From: an uncultured Bacteroidota bacterium
GTDB lineage: Bacteria > Bacteroidota > Bacteroidia > UBA7662 > CAMTUB01
NCBI GenBank assembly: GCA_947084835.1
Contig: CAMTUB010000009.1
Location: 21,534-85,533 of the forward strand
DNA: 64,000 nt
Direction of reading: 5' to 3'
A program made the translations under genes and the position numbers. The first letter of the stretch is position 1; every line of letters begins with the position of its first letter. Below are positions 47,653-56,023 of the stretch, piece after piece. Below the pieces are notes generated by a model. The model made no database searches and had not been told where the DNA came from. It saw only the letters and a program-made list of their open reading frames with translations.

Positions 47653-47991
47653 ATGTCGAATCTAACTAGCCGCATTTTTCCATTGTTAGCAACTCAGTAC
47701 TACAATGTCAGTGTTCCGAATGGAGCAACTATTTCCTACAAAATTAAAAAATCTGCAAACGGTGTAAAGGCCATAGCATTCTATAACAATAAAATTGTGG
47801 GGGTGTTTCCACGAGAAGAGGCAATTCGATTAACTGAAATGGCCTTTTTTGGAAAACAATATGATGCTGTAGTAGTTAAAAATGAAGAGGCCTGTCGTGT
47901 TTCTGACAGGCCTCAAATTGTACTGATTCCTAAGCCACGAAAAATCGGGCTTCCAGGGTTTTTATCGTTATTTTCTGTGTTGTCGTTTTAA
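47653..47991 (+). CDS. Hypothetical 112-aa protein with HIRAN-like sequence pattern and hydrophobic C-terminal tail
   Basis: ATG 47653 is preferred over TTG 47632. Protein-like composition. The resemblance to HIRAN is by eye only. The 3' part contains a strong terminator-like hairpin belonging to the opposite strand. Confidence 0.4.
   Translation: MSNLTSRIFPLLATQYYNVSVPNGATISYKIKKSANGVKAIAFYNNKIVGVFPREEAIRLTEMAFFGKQYDAVVVKNEEACRVSDRPQIVLIPKPRKIGLPGFLSLFSVLSF
47887..47914 (-). terminator. GC-rich hairpin, probable intrinsic terminator of the YfhO-like gene
   Basis: GAGGCCTGTC-GTGTTTCT-GACAGGCCTC, a perfect 10-bp stem. On the minus strand it is followed by TTCATTTTT, 73 nt downstream of the stop at 47988. 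Confidence 0.65.
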
Positions 47992-50426
47992 ACAATCGTA
48001 GGCTTTTTCTTTCTGAAGTAAGAAAAAAGGCTACCTAAAACAACCAATATTAATAAAATAGATGAAGCCAATGAAACGCGTTCAGCATTTACATACGTAT
48101 CGGGTTCAAAATAAAACTCGATGGTATGCTTGCCAGTTGGCACAATCATAGCGCGCAATAAATAATTGGCTCTAATATATTCTGAAGGTTTGCCGTCAAT
48201 TTTTACTTTCCAGCCTTTATCGTAATATACATCTGAAAAAATGGCTAACTGATCGCTAACCGTATTCGATTCGAATGTTAACTTGTTTGGCTTATATTCT
48301 TTTAATTGAATAGAATTAGAAGCATCTGGGATAAACACTTTGTTTTTTACAACATCAGAATAGCGCTCATCAATGTATGCAATTTCGCTTGGGTTGATGT
48401 TGGATAATGAATCTAACTCAACTTTAGCATTGCCAACCAATTTAAAATCTTTTACAAACCAAGCGTTGCCCATAGCACCCATATTGCGCTCAGCACGTGG
48501 TTGTCCGCCTTGTTGCTCGGATGTAATGATATATTTTGTATTAAGCATGCTTAATACGCCTAAATTCATTTTTGCAATGTAGCGTTGCTTGATGTCTTCG
48601 TATCGTGCAAGCTTAGCTGGATTGTAGCCACCAACAGATTTATGGAAATAAGAACAACGGTTGTCGTTAAACGGATCACCGGTAACATCAAGTACACGGT
48701 AATAAAGAGCTGGATCTTTTAAAATTTCAATATCAGCTGCATTTGGTTCAAATGGGTTTTCGATTTGGGCTTTGCTTACGTAGTCATCCGCATTTAAATA
48801 GCGTTTGTCTACAATCCATAAGTCAAGTAGGGTTATAATCGCAATACTGAAAAGCAGAGTTTGTCCCTTTATTTTAGTAGTAACAAAAGCCCATAAAAGC
48901 CCAGCACCAGCTAAAATAAGAAATAAAGAGCGTATGGCATCAGAGCGTAATAAACTTTCTCTGTCTTCTAAAAGTGCATTTAATAACCAAGGGTAATCTT
49001 TGAAATTTGAATCGAATGGAGAGGAGAAGTCGAAAAATAATCCCGGCATTATGATGAAAAGCAAGCAAAAACCACCCGTGATGATGGTTGAATATTTCAA
49101 CGATTTTGTAAATAAGGGAGAAGATTTTGGGTTGTTTAATACTTCATAAATTCCTAAACAAGCTAAAAGCGGAACGCAAAAGCTTGCCAATGTTAGGGTC
49201 ATAGAAACAGCTCTGAATTTATTGTATAGTGGAAAGTTGTTGAAAACAAACTCGTTAAAAACCATGAAGTTTTTTCCCCAACTTAGCATTGAAGCTAAAA
49301 TAACAACAGAAAAAAGCCACCATTTAAGCCTGTTTTCTACAAAAAACATTCCGAACACAAACAAGAAAACAACCAGTGCGCCAAAATAAGTAGGACCAGC
49401 CGTAGATGGTTGTGTGCCAAAATAAGCAGGAGCGTTATCCGTAAAAGATTTTATTTGATCGTTTGGAATATTGTTTGCAGCCATAGCTTTATACACTGCT
49501 GAATTTTTTCCCAGTTTAGAAACTGTAGCACCCCCGTTAAAATTGGGAATTAAAATTGTACCAGTTTCAGCAACTCCGTAGCTCCAGCCAAATGCATAAT
49601 CCAGATCTAATCCATCGGCTTTTTTACCTTCGATGGATTTAAGCTCGCTGTTTCCACGCATGGTTTCTTTCCCGAATTCATCCGTTATTGAAAGATTGGT
49701 GTAATTAGCTCCAACAGCAATTAATACCCCTAAAATGGCTAAACCAGTAGCTTTTGAAAAGTTGGGTAATTTGTTGGTTTTATACGCTTCAATTATTTGA
49801 TAAAAACCAAACAACAAAAGCATGATTCCTAAGTAATATGTTATTTGGAAGTGGTTTGCAGAAAGCTCTAAAGCCATTCCAACTGTAAAAATTGCAAATC
49901 CTTTAATATACTTTCCACGATACATGGTTATTAAGCCACCAACAACAGGTGCCATAAAAGCGATAGCCCAAGTTTTGGTAACGTGGCCCACATCAATAAT
50001 TATGAAATTATAGGATGAAAAAGCAAATGCTATTGCACCAAAAGCTGAAAGCAATGGTGGAAAGCCCATTAAAATACCTAAGAAGTAAAAACAAATGAGC
50101 AATAAAACCACAATGCTAGCAGGCTGAGGTAAAAGTTGCGTTAAAAAATCAGTAGCAGTAGTAATCCACATGCCTGGTTTAGGCGCTAAAATTTGATATG
50201 TAGGCATTCCACAAAACAGAGCATTGGTCCAAAGAGAAACTTCGCCTTTGTTTGCAGGATCTGAATTGAAATCTCTTACTTCTTTCGACATGCCTTGTAC
50301 TTGGGTCATATCTTCTTGTTTTAGCTTTTTACCTTCTAAAACGGGTGCATTGTACACTAAACTTATTAGTGCAAACGCAACTAGTACCAAAATGTGTGGT
50401 AAAAGCTTTTTAATATCAAATTTCAT
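47988..50426 (-). CDS. YfhO-family polytopic membrane protein (GT-C-like glycosyltransferase)
   Basis: 812-aa ORF with more than 12 predicted TM helices, a C-terminal extracytoplasmic domain and a final TM helix. Matches the Bacteroidota YfhO-family architecture as I recall it. Confidence 0.6.
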   Translation of the reverse strand: MKFDIKKLLPHILVLVAFALISLVYNAPVLEGKKLKQEDMTQVQGMSKEVRDFNSDPANKGEVSLWTNALFCGMPTYQILAPKPGMWITTATDFLTQLLPQPASIVVLLLICFYFLGILMGFPPLLSAFGAIAFAFSSYNFIIIDVGHVTKTWAIAFMAPVVGGLITMYRGKYIKGFAIFTVGMALELSANHFQITYYLGIMLLLFGFYQIIEAYKTNKLPNFSKATGLAILGVLIAVGANYTNLSITDEFGKETMRGNSELKSIEGKKADGLDLDYAFGWSYGVAETGTILIPNFNGGATVSKLGKNSAVYKAMAANNIPNDQIKSFTDNAPAYFGTQPSTAGPTYFGALVVFLFVFGMFFVENRLKWWLFSVVILASMLSWGKNFMVFNEFVFNNFPLYNKFRAVSMTLTLASFCVPLLACLGIYEVLNNPKSSPLFTKSLKYSTIITGGFCLLFIIMPGLFFDFSSPFDSNFKDYPWLLNALLEDRESLLRSDAIRSLFLILAGAGLLWAFVTTKIKGQTLLFSIAIITLLDLWIVDKRYLNADDYVSKAQIENPFEPNAADIEILKDPALYYRVLDVTGDPFNDNRCSYFHKSVGGYNPAKLARYEDIKQRYIAKMNLGVLSMLNTKYIITSEQQGGQPRAERNMGAMGNAWFVKDFKLVGNAKVELDSLSNINPSEIAYIDERYSDVVKNKVFIPDASNSIQLKEYKPNKLTFESNTVSDQLAIFSDVYYDKGWKVKIDGKPSEYIRANYLLRAMIVPTGKHTIEFYFEPDTYVNAERVSLASSILLILVVLGSLFSYFRKKKPTIV

Positions 50427-50434
50427 TATGTGAA

Positions 50435-50674
50435 TTAGGATTTTATTTCTTCATAATCAACATAAGAACCAGAAGTTGAATTTCCCTGTTGATTTTTTTG
50501 GTCTTTTTCGATTGTAACTGTCCCTTCTGGCTTATGAGCAGCCTTTGGAGGTTGGTTTTGTTTCATTTGTTCCGCAGCTTTTTTAAGAATTGAATTTAGC
50601 AGTGGCGGGAAAAGTAGTTTGGCTACAAAACGAAAAATTATAATTAGTAAAATAAAGGTGATTATGAATCTCAT
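50435..50674 (-). CDS. DUF4834 family small membrane protein
   Basis: Start moved to ATG 50672-50674 (MRFIITFILLIIIFRFVAKLLFP). C-terminal ...GSYVDYEEIKS is typical of the family. Confidence 0.6.
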   Translation of the reverse strand: MRFIITFILLIIIFRFVAKLLFPPLLNSILKKAAEQMKQNQPPKAAHKPEGTVTIEKDQKNQQGNSTSGSYVDYEEIKS

Positions 50675-50689
50675 ATCTATCTCGTGGTT

Positions 50690-50697
50690 CAAAGGTA
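50690..50697 (-). promoter_or_regulatory. Candidate -7 box (TACCTTTG) for the DUF4834/YfhO-like operon
   Basis: Exact TAnnTTTG on the minus strand, 15 nt upstream of the ATG at 50674. Confidence 0.4.
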
Positions 50698-50780
50698 ATT
50701 AATTTAAACTTTTTATTTTATTGCTTATTATAACTGAATTGTCAATTGCCTTAGTATTTTTACATCCTATTTATTTTCAA

Positions 50781-52286
50781 GTGAGTAAAACCTTTTTTAA
50801 TACATTATTGGCAAGTTGCTTTTTGCTTATTGCAGGGTGTAAAACAGATATTTTAGGCGATTTAAAGCAAAATAAAGCACCTGAAACTCATAGTATTGTT
50901 GATTCTATTTTTCGTGTAGGCCAAGATAGATTTACTACTAAGGTTGATATACGTTGGTGGGGCGATGATTTTGATGGTTTTGTTACGGGTTATGAATTTA
51001 CTTTTGACAAAACAATTACCAGCTCAACAAACTGGATTTATACTACAGTTTCTGATAGTGTTTTCACTTTGGTTGTGCCTGCAGGTAGCGATACATCCGA
51101 CTTCGATTTTTGGGTAAGGTCTATAGATAATGAAGGTTTGCGAGATTTAACCCCTGCGCATGTAACCTATCCGGTTAGAAATTCTCCACCTACGGTTAGT
51201 TTTTTAACCAATCCTGATAAGGGGAATCCATTGGCAGGAGGTAATCCAACCGTCTCATATCCGGTTTTACGTTACAATTGGCTTGCTACTGACCCAGATG
51301 GTACCGAAAATATTGCTCGCATAGAGATTGTTTTAAACGATACTGCAGCAACACCCTATTCATTGACATCATCAGTAAATTCAATAATTATTTATGCTGA
51401 AAATTTAAACACTGCTGTAACTTCTTGCAAAGTGTATCAAGGAAACAATACTTCAGCATTGCCTGAAAGGCTTCAAGGGTTGAAATTAGCCGATACCAAT
51501 CGATTGTATATTCGTGTGATAGACCTTTCCGGAGCTAAATCTCCTTGGAAATCATCAAACCAAATATTTGTTAAAAAAGTAAGATACCCAGTTTTGTTGG
51601 TAAATGCGTATTCGACAAATCCAACTTCAGTTTTTGACTTTTATAACACTAAAATGCAAGCAATTGGGTTGCCAAACTTCGAAACTCTAGAGTTATTTAA
51701 GAATGAAAGCGGTCAATACACCCGCTTGGCACCGGATAACCGAACACAGTCTTTGATATTCAATTTATTTAAAAACATTGTTTACTATGCTCCCGATTTT
51801 GAACTTTCAGCAACTTATTTGTCGGGCACTTTAGGTTCATTTTTAAATGCGGGTGGAAACCTATTTTATTCAGCTTATGCAACTAGCACGGCACAACAAA
51901 CAAGTAGTTTTTATGAGTTTGCTTCAGTTGATAGTTTATTGTCTCCAGCTGCAAATTACCGATTTGTAATGACGGATACTTCGCAGGTTATTCCATTAGT
52001 TTCTGGATATCCAACAGTTAAGTATACCGGATTTTTACCTGTAGTAAGGCCTGTTAAATTTTCAGGAGGATCAACAGTGTTGGCAAAAGCTAACATTACC
52101 TTACAACAAATAAGTCCTTTGCAATTTACACCATATGCTGGTGTTTCAGACATTTTAGGTATTCGAACAAATACAGTATCTGGCAGTAAAACTGCCGTTA
52201 CTACCTTAGAGCTTCATAAGTTAGATGGCAACAACAATGCGCATCTATTGCTCGAGAAAATACTTAAAGGAGAGTTTGGGCTATAA
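50781..52286 (+). CDS. Lipoprotein of unknown function with two beta-sandwich-like repeats
   Basis: GTG 50781 gives VSKTFFNTLLASCFLLIAGC (lipobox). Internal repeat motifs are IRWWGDDFDGFVTGYEF...FWVRSIDNEG and LRYNWLATDPDGTENIARIEI...LYIRVIDLSG. Confidence 0.6.
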   Translation: MSKTFFNTLLASCFLLIAGCKTDILGDLKQNKAPETHSIVDSIFRVGQDRFTTKVDIRWWGDDFDGFVTGYEFTFDKTITSSTNWIYTTVSDSVFTLVVPAGSDTSDFDFWVRSIDNEGLRDLTPAHVTYPVRNSPPTVSFLTNPDKGNPLAGGNPTVSYPVLRYNWLATDPDGTENIARIEIVLNDTAATPYSLTSSVNSIIIYAENLNTAVTSCKVYQGNNTSALPERLQGLKLADTNRLYIRVIDLSGAKSPWKSSNQIFVKKVRYPVLLVNAYSTNPTSVFDFYNTKMQAIGLPNFETLELFKNESGQYTRLAPDNRTQSLIFNLFKNIVYYAPDFELSATYLSGTLGSFLNAGGNLFYSAYATSTAQQTSSFYEFASVDSLLSPAANYRFVMTDTSQVIPLVSGYPTVKYTGFLPVVRPVKFSGGSTVLAKANITLQQISPLQFTPYAGVSDILGIRTNTVSGSKTAVTTLELHKLDGNNNAHLLLEKILKGEFGL

Positions 52287-52867
52287 TGATAAAGGTTGCA
52301 ATTTTTGCTTCAGACAATAGTGATGTAGCCGAAAACTTTTATACCTGTTTCAGAAAGCATCCCCAGATTAAAGTGCAGCTTTTTGTTTGCAACAGAAATA
52401 ATTCGGAGGTAGTATCAAAAGCGCATGAACTAAAACAACAACTTGTTTTAGTTACTCAGCGCTCATTTTTTTATGCCGATTTACTTATAGGAGCACTTTT
52501 AAGTGAAGGAATAGATTATATTGTTTTGAGCGATTTTACATGGAAACTTCCACATTCAATCGTATCAAAATATAAGGGAAGAATATTAAATCTTCAGCCT
52601 GCTTTGCTTCCAAAATATGCAGGAAAGGGAATGTATGGAGATAAATTGCAGAAATTGATTTTGCAAAACCAAGATTCTGATACTGGTTTTACCATCCATT
52701 TAGTGGATGAATTTTACAATACCGGAACAATTATAGAACAAAAAATGATACCTATTCCTACAGATGTTTCATCTGTTGAGTTAAGGAGCTTAGTTCGAAA
52801 TTCTGAGTTGGAAGTTTATACTCAAGTTTTTGAAAATTACGTAAAAGAGAAGTCGTTAGCGATTTAA
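52286..52867 (+). CDS. PurN-like formyltransferase-fold protein lacking the catalytic His and Asp
   Basis: Colinear with phosphoribosylglycinamide formyltransferase (RILNLQPALLPKYAGKGMYG, TGFTIHLVDEFYNTGTIIEQ). Gln sits at the His108 position and Asn at the Asp144 position (E. coli numbering). Confidence 0.7.
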   Translation: MIKVAIFASDNSDVAENFYTCFRKHPQIKVQLFVCNRNNSEVVSKAHELKQQLVLVTQRSFFYADLLIGALLSEGIDYIVLSDFTWKLPHSIVSKYKGRILNLQPALLPKYAGKGMYGDKLQKLILQNQDSDTGFTIHLVDEFYNTGTIIEQKMIPIPTDVSSVELRSLVRNSELEVYTQVFENYVKEKSLAI

Positions 52868-52874
52868 CTTTACT

Positions 52875-53990
52875 ATGGAACTATCTGTTTCTCAATTAAA
52901 CGATACCATAAAGCTGCTCTTAGAGTCGGCAACTTTTTTACAAGAGTTAACTATTGTTGGTGAGATATCGAACTTAACAAAACACAGTTCTGGCCATTTT
53001 TATTTCGACTTAAAGGATAACGATGCACAAGTCAAATGCGTTATGTTTAGGTCACAGGCTGTAACCGTTTCTTCAAGTTTGACGAACGGCATGCAGGTTA
53101 AGGCTAAATGCGGTGTAAAAGTGTACAGTCCTAGAGGCGTTTACCAATTGCAGGTTGATTCTCTTAAAATTGATGGGTTAGGAGATTTATATCTTCGCTT
53201 TTTAGCGCTAAAAGACAAGCTTCAGAACGAAGGTTTATTTGATCAATTGGCCAAGAAGCAAATTCCACAATTCCCTAAAACAATTGGCGTGGTTACTTCA
53301 CCTACAGGCGCTGTTATTCAAGATATTATTACCACAGTTCGTAAGCGTTTTCCTTCAGCCAAAATTTTGGTTTCGCCAACCCAAGTTCAGGGTTTTGACG
53401 CTTCGCCAAAAATCATTGACGCCTTCAATATGTTGCAGAAAAATGCAGAGGTTGATGTGATTATTATTGCAAGAGGAGGAGGATCAATTGAAGATTTGTG
53501 GCCTTTTAACGATGAAACGCTTGCCCGCACGGTATATAAATCTAAAAAGCCAGTAGTTTCTGCAATTGGCCATGAAACTGACTTTACTATTTTAGACTTT
53601 GTTTCAGATAAAAGAGCGGCTACTCCCACCGCTGCAGCTGAAATTTGCACCCCCGATAGCGAAGCTATTTTGGGTTGGTTAAAGGACCAATCAGTATCGT
53701 TGAGTAAAAATATATCAAATCAATTAAGTTTTTTCGAGCAATTACTTGACGATTACCAAACACGCACAACACAATCGGTAGAATATTGGCTTGAGTCGAG
53801 AAACAATATTTTAGACATATTAGAAGCAAAATTGCAGGTACACGATGTGAACTTTATGCTAGATAAGGGATATTCAATAACTACCTTAGATACCGTAATT
53901 ATTAAAAAACCGGATCAAGTAAGGGTTGGAGAAAAGGTAAAAACTAGAGTATCGGGTGGAGAATTTTATTCAGTAAAGACAGATGGCTAA
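52875..53990 (+). CDS. xseA: Exodeoxyribonuclease VII large subunit
   Basis: OB-fold N-terminus (GEISNLTKHSSGHFYFDLKD) and catalytic core RGGGSIEDLWPFNDE...GHETDFTILDFVSDKRAATPTAAAE. At 371 aa, the helical hairpin looks short. Confidence 0.9.
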   Translation: MELSVSQLNDTIKLLLESATFLQELTIVGEISNLTKHSSGHFYFDLKDNDAQVKCVMFRSQAVTVSSSLTNGMQVKAKCGVKVYSPRGVYQLQVDSLKIDGLGDLYLRFLALKDKLQNEGLFDQLAKKQIPQFPKTIGVVTSPTGAVIQDIITTVRKRFPSAKILVSPTQVQGFDASPKIIDAFNMLQKNAEVDVIIIARGGGSIEDLWPFNDETLARTVYKSKKPVVSAIGHETDFTILDFVSDKRAATPTAAAEICTPDSEAILGWLKDQSVSLSKNISNQLSFFEQLLDDYQTRTTQSVEYWLESRNNILDILEAKLQVHDVNFMLDKGYSITTLDTVIIKKPDQVRVGEKVKTRVSGGEFYSVKTDG

Positions 53991-54201
53991 GAAAAAAGAA
54001 ATAGGATTTGACGATAAATTAAAACAGCTCAGGTTGTTTGTTGATCAGCTTCAACAAGGAGATTTATCGCTTGAAGAAAGCATGGATTTGTTTAATAAAT
54101 CAAAAGGTTTAATAAATGAATGTAGAACTTATTTGAAAGAAGCCGAGTTAATTGTGCATTCAATCAATAAAGATGGATCTGAGCAAGAATTCGATATCTA
54201 A
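53983..54201 (+). CDS. xseB: Exodeoxyribonuclease VII small subunit
   Basis: 72-aa helical ORF (FDDKLKQLRLFVDQLQQGDLSLEESMDLFNKSKGLINEC). An 8-nt overlap with xseA. Confidence 0.88.
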   Translation: MAKKKEIGFDDKLKQLRLFVDQLQQGDLSLEESMDLFNKSKGLINECRTYLKEAELIVHSINKDGSEQEFDI

Positions 54202-54553
54202 TATCATAGAATCTTTCCATTCTAATGATGTTGCATTGGCATCCATAGAGCAATTAAAGAAAGAATTTAGAAGAAATGGAATTGATTTGCAAATCAGCGA
54301 TATAGGTTCAACTGATTATAATTTGCTAATTAATGAAGTTGCACATCCTATTGAATTTTTAATTGAAAAAGATTTGCAACGATTAATGCAACTGCTTTAC
54401 AGTGTAGATATTCCTGATCAGTTATCAAAAAGGGCTTTTAATTCGAACGATCCAATATTGCATATTGCTCAACTAATTGTAAACAGGTCTATTCAAAAAG
54501 TATTGATTCGTAGAGCCTACTCATCGGGTTCTACCTTTACTGATCCTATTTAA
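54173..54553 (+). CDS. Hypothetical protein
   Basis: 126-aa ORF from ATG 54173. It overlaps the xseB 3' end by 29 nt and the convergent downstream gene by 33 nt. Protein-like composition, no family recognised. Confidence 0.45.
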   Translation: MDLSKNSISNIIESFHSNDVALASIEQLKKEFRRNGIDLQISDIGSTDYNLLINEVAHPIEFLIEKDLQRLMQLLYSVDIPDQLSKRAFNSNDPILHIAQLIVNRSIQKVLIRRAYSSGSTFTDPI

Positions 54554-56005
54554 ACCAGCTTTTGCATCTCTACTAATGCTATTGGTGTAGGGGTGGTTTT
54601 TAAAGGTGTTGGTTCGATTATAATAGGTTTTAGCCTCAATAAAACTTTCCTTCTTTTCAAATAACTGCCCAAGTTTTAGGCAAGATGATGCAGCAAAATA
54701 CTCGTTTTGAGTATAGCCCAACTGAATGGTTTTAAGATACAATAAAACCGCCTTTTCAGTATTGTCGGTTTCATGGTAAATCCTTCCTAAACGGTAAAAA
54801 TATTCAGCTTTGATTTGCCCAGTAAAACCTTTAGTAGTATCCATTGAGGATAAAAATAGCATCGCTTTGTCGTAATAACCTCCATCAAATAAAAGTCTCG
54901 CTTTGAGTAGGTTAACGTCTGGATTTTCGGTATTTTCTGATTCTTTATGTGCGCTTTTGTCAATATCTACAATAGTGGTGCCGTATTGATTGCAAAATCG
55001 CATGTAGGTTTTGTAGCTTGAAATATCGCCTTGAAGAAATTTGCTCCATCCAATTCGTAAATATGCATCTTTTATATAGTTAGTACCTTTGTTTGCGCCT
55101 AAAAAGCTGGATAGAAAATACACGCATTGAGGGTCGAGTTTGTTTAAGAGGCAAACTCCATGAAGATAATCTAAATAAGGAAGTGTCGAAACGTCAGCAA
55201 TTTTCGCCCGTGAATTTAAAAGTTCGATAGCCAAATCGTTTCTGCCAGTATGGCGAGCAATGCTTGCTTTTACAATAAGTAAAAAAACATTCTCAGGGTC
55301 ATTTACATCTTTGATTATGTCCCAAGCTCCATCTTTATCTTTTAAATTTAGCAGAAGGAAAGCTAAAGTTAAATTAGTTTCAGTGATGAAAATATCCTGG
55401 TTTGTTCCCTTTAATTTGTCGGGAATTTGTTTAAGTCTGCTTATTCCACGATTGAAATCACCGTCAAATCCAACCAGTTTTACCGCCCATTGGTAATTTT
55501 CTGGAACGCTTCCAATAATTACGTCCATTAAACCCATATTTTTAAGATTTAATGCAAAATTTGGGTATGCCCGTTGGTTTTCATTTATGGCATTATAGCT
55601 TTTTCTGAAATCGTTTACTGCCGAAATGTAATCGGCAAATTTTGCTCGCACTAATCCTGAGTAAAGCAGCATGTCGCTTTTTACAAATACTTTCCATGGA
55701 CTTTCGGTCCCATCTTTAGCAATTAGGTCTAAGTTTTTAGAACAAAGCTTTAAAAAAGATTCGTATTTGTTTTTATCTTCTGATAGAAACGTTTCAATAA
55801 AAAGTGTTTGTGTTTCGAAGTAGTAAACTAAACTATTTGTAGGGTTTTCAGCTTTAGCTTTTGATATAAGCGCATATGCAACTGGTGGTTTTAAGTGCAG
55901 ATTGCAGACATATGCTGCTTTTAACGGGGCAGTTAAAATAAAATCGGCTTTACTTTTTTGAAACATCAAAAAAGTAAAGCCGATAAGTAGGATTAAATTC
56001 CGCAT
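54521..56005 (-). CDS. Secreted helical-repeat (TPR-like) protein, hypothetical
   Basis: Signal peptide MRNLILLIGFTFLMFQKSKA. A long alpha-helical repeat-like sequence with TPR-type A/Y/L spacing near the C-terminus. Confidence 0.5.
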   Translation of the reverse strand: MRNLILLIGFTFLMFQKSKADFILTAPLKAAYVCNLHLKPPVAYALISKAKAENPTNSLVYYFETQTLFIETFLSEDKNKYESFLKLCSKNLDLIAKDGTESPWKVFVKSDMLLYSGLVRAKFADYISAVNDFRKSYNAINENQRAYPNFALNLKNMGLMDVIIGSVPENYQWAVKLVGFDGDFNRGISRLKQIPDKLKGTNQDIFITETNLTLAFLLLNLKDKDGAWDIIKDVNDPENVFLLIVKASIARHTGRNDLAIELLNSRAKIADVSTLPYLDYLHGVCLLNKLDPQCVYFLSSFLGANKGTNYIKDAYLRIGWSKFLQGDISSYKTYMRFCNQYGTTIVDIDKSAHKESENTENPDVNLLKARLLFDGGYYDKAMLFLSSMDTTKGFTGQIKAEYFYRLGRIYHETDNTEKAVLLYLKTIQLGYTQNEYFAASSCLKLGQLFEKKESFIEAKTYYNRTNTFKNHPYTNSISRDAKAGLNRISKGRTR

Positions 56006-56023
56006 AAGATTGCGGTTATTTAT

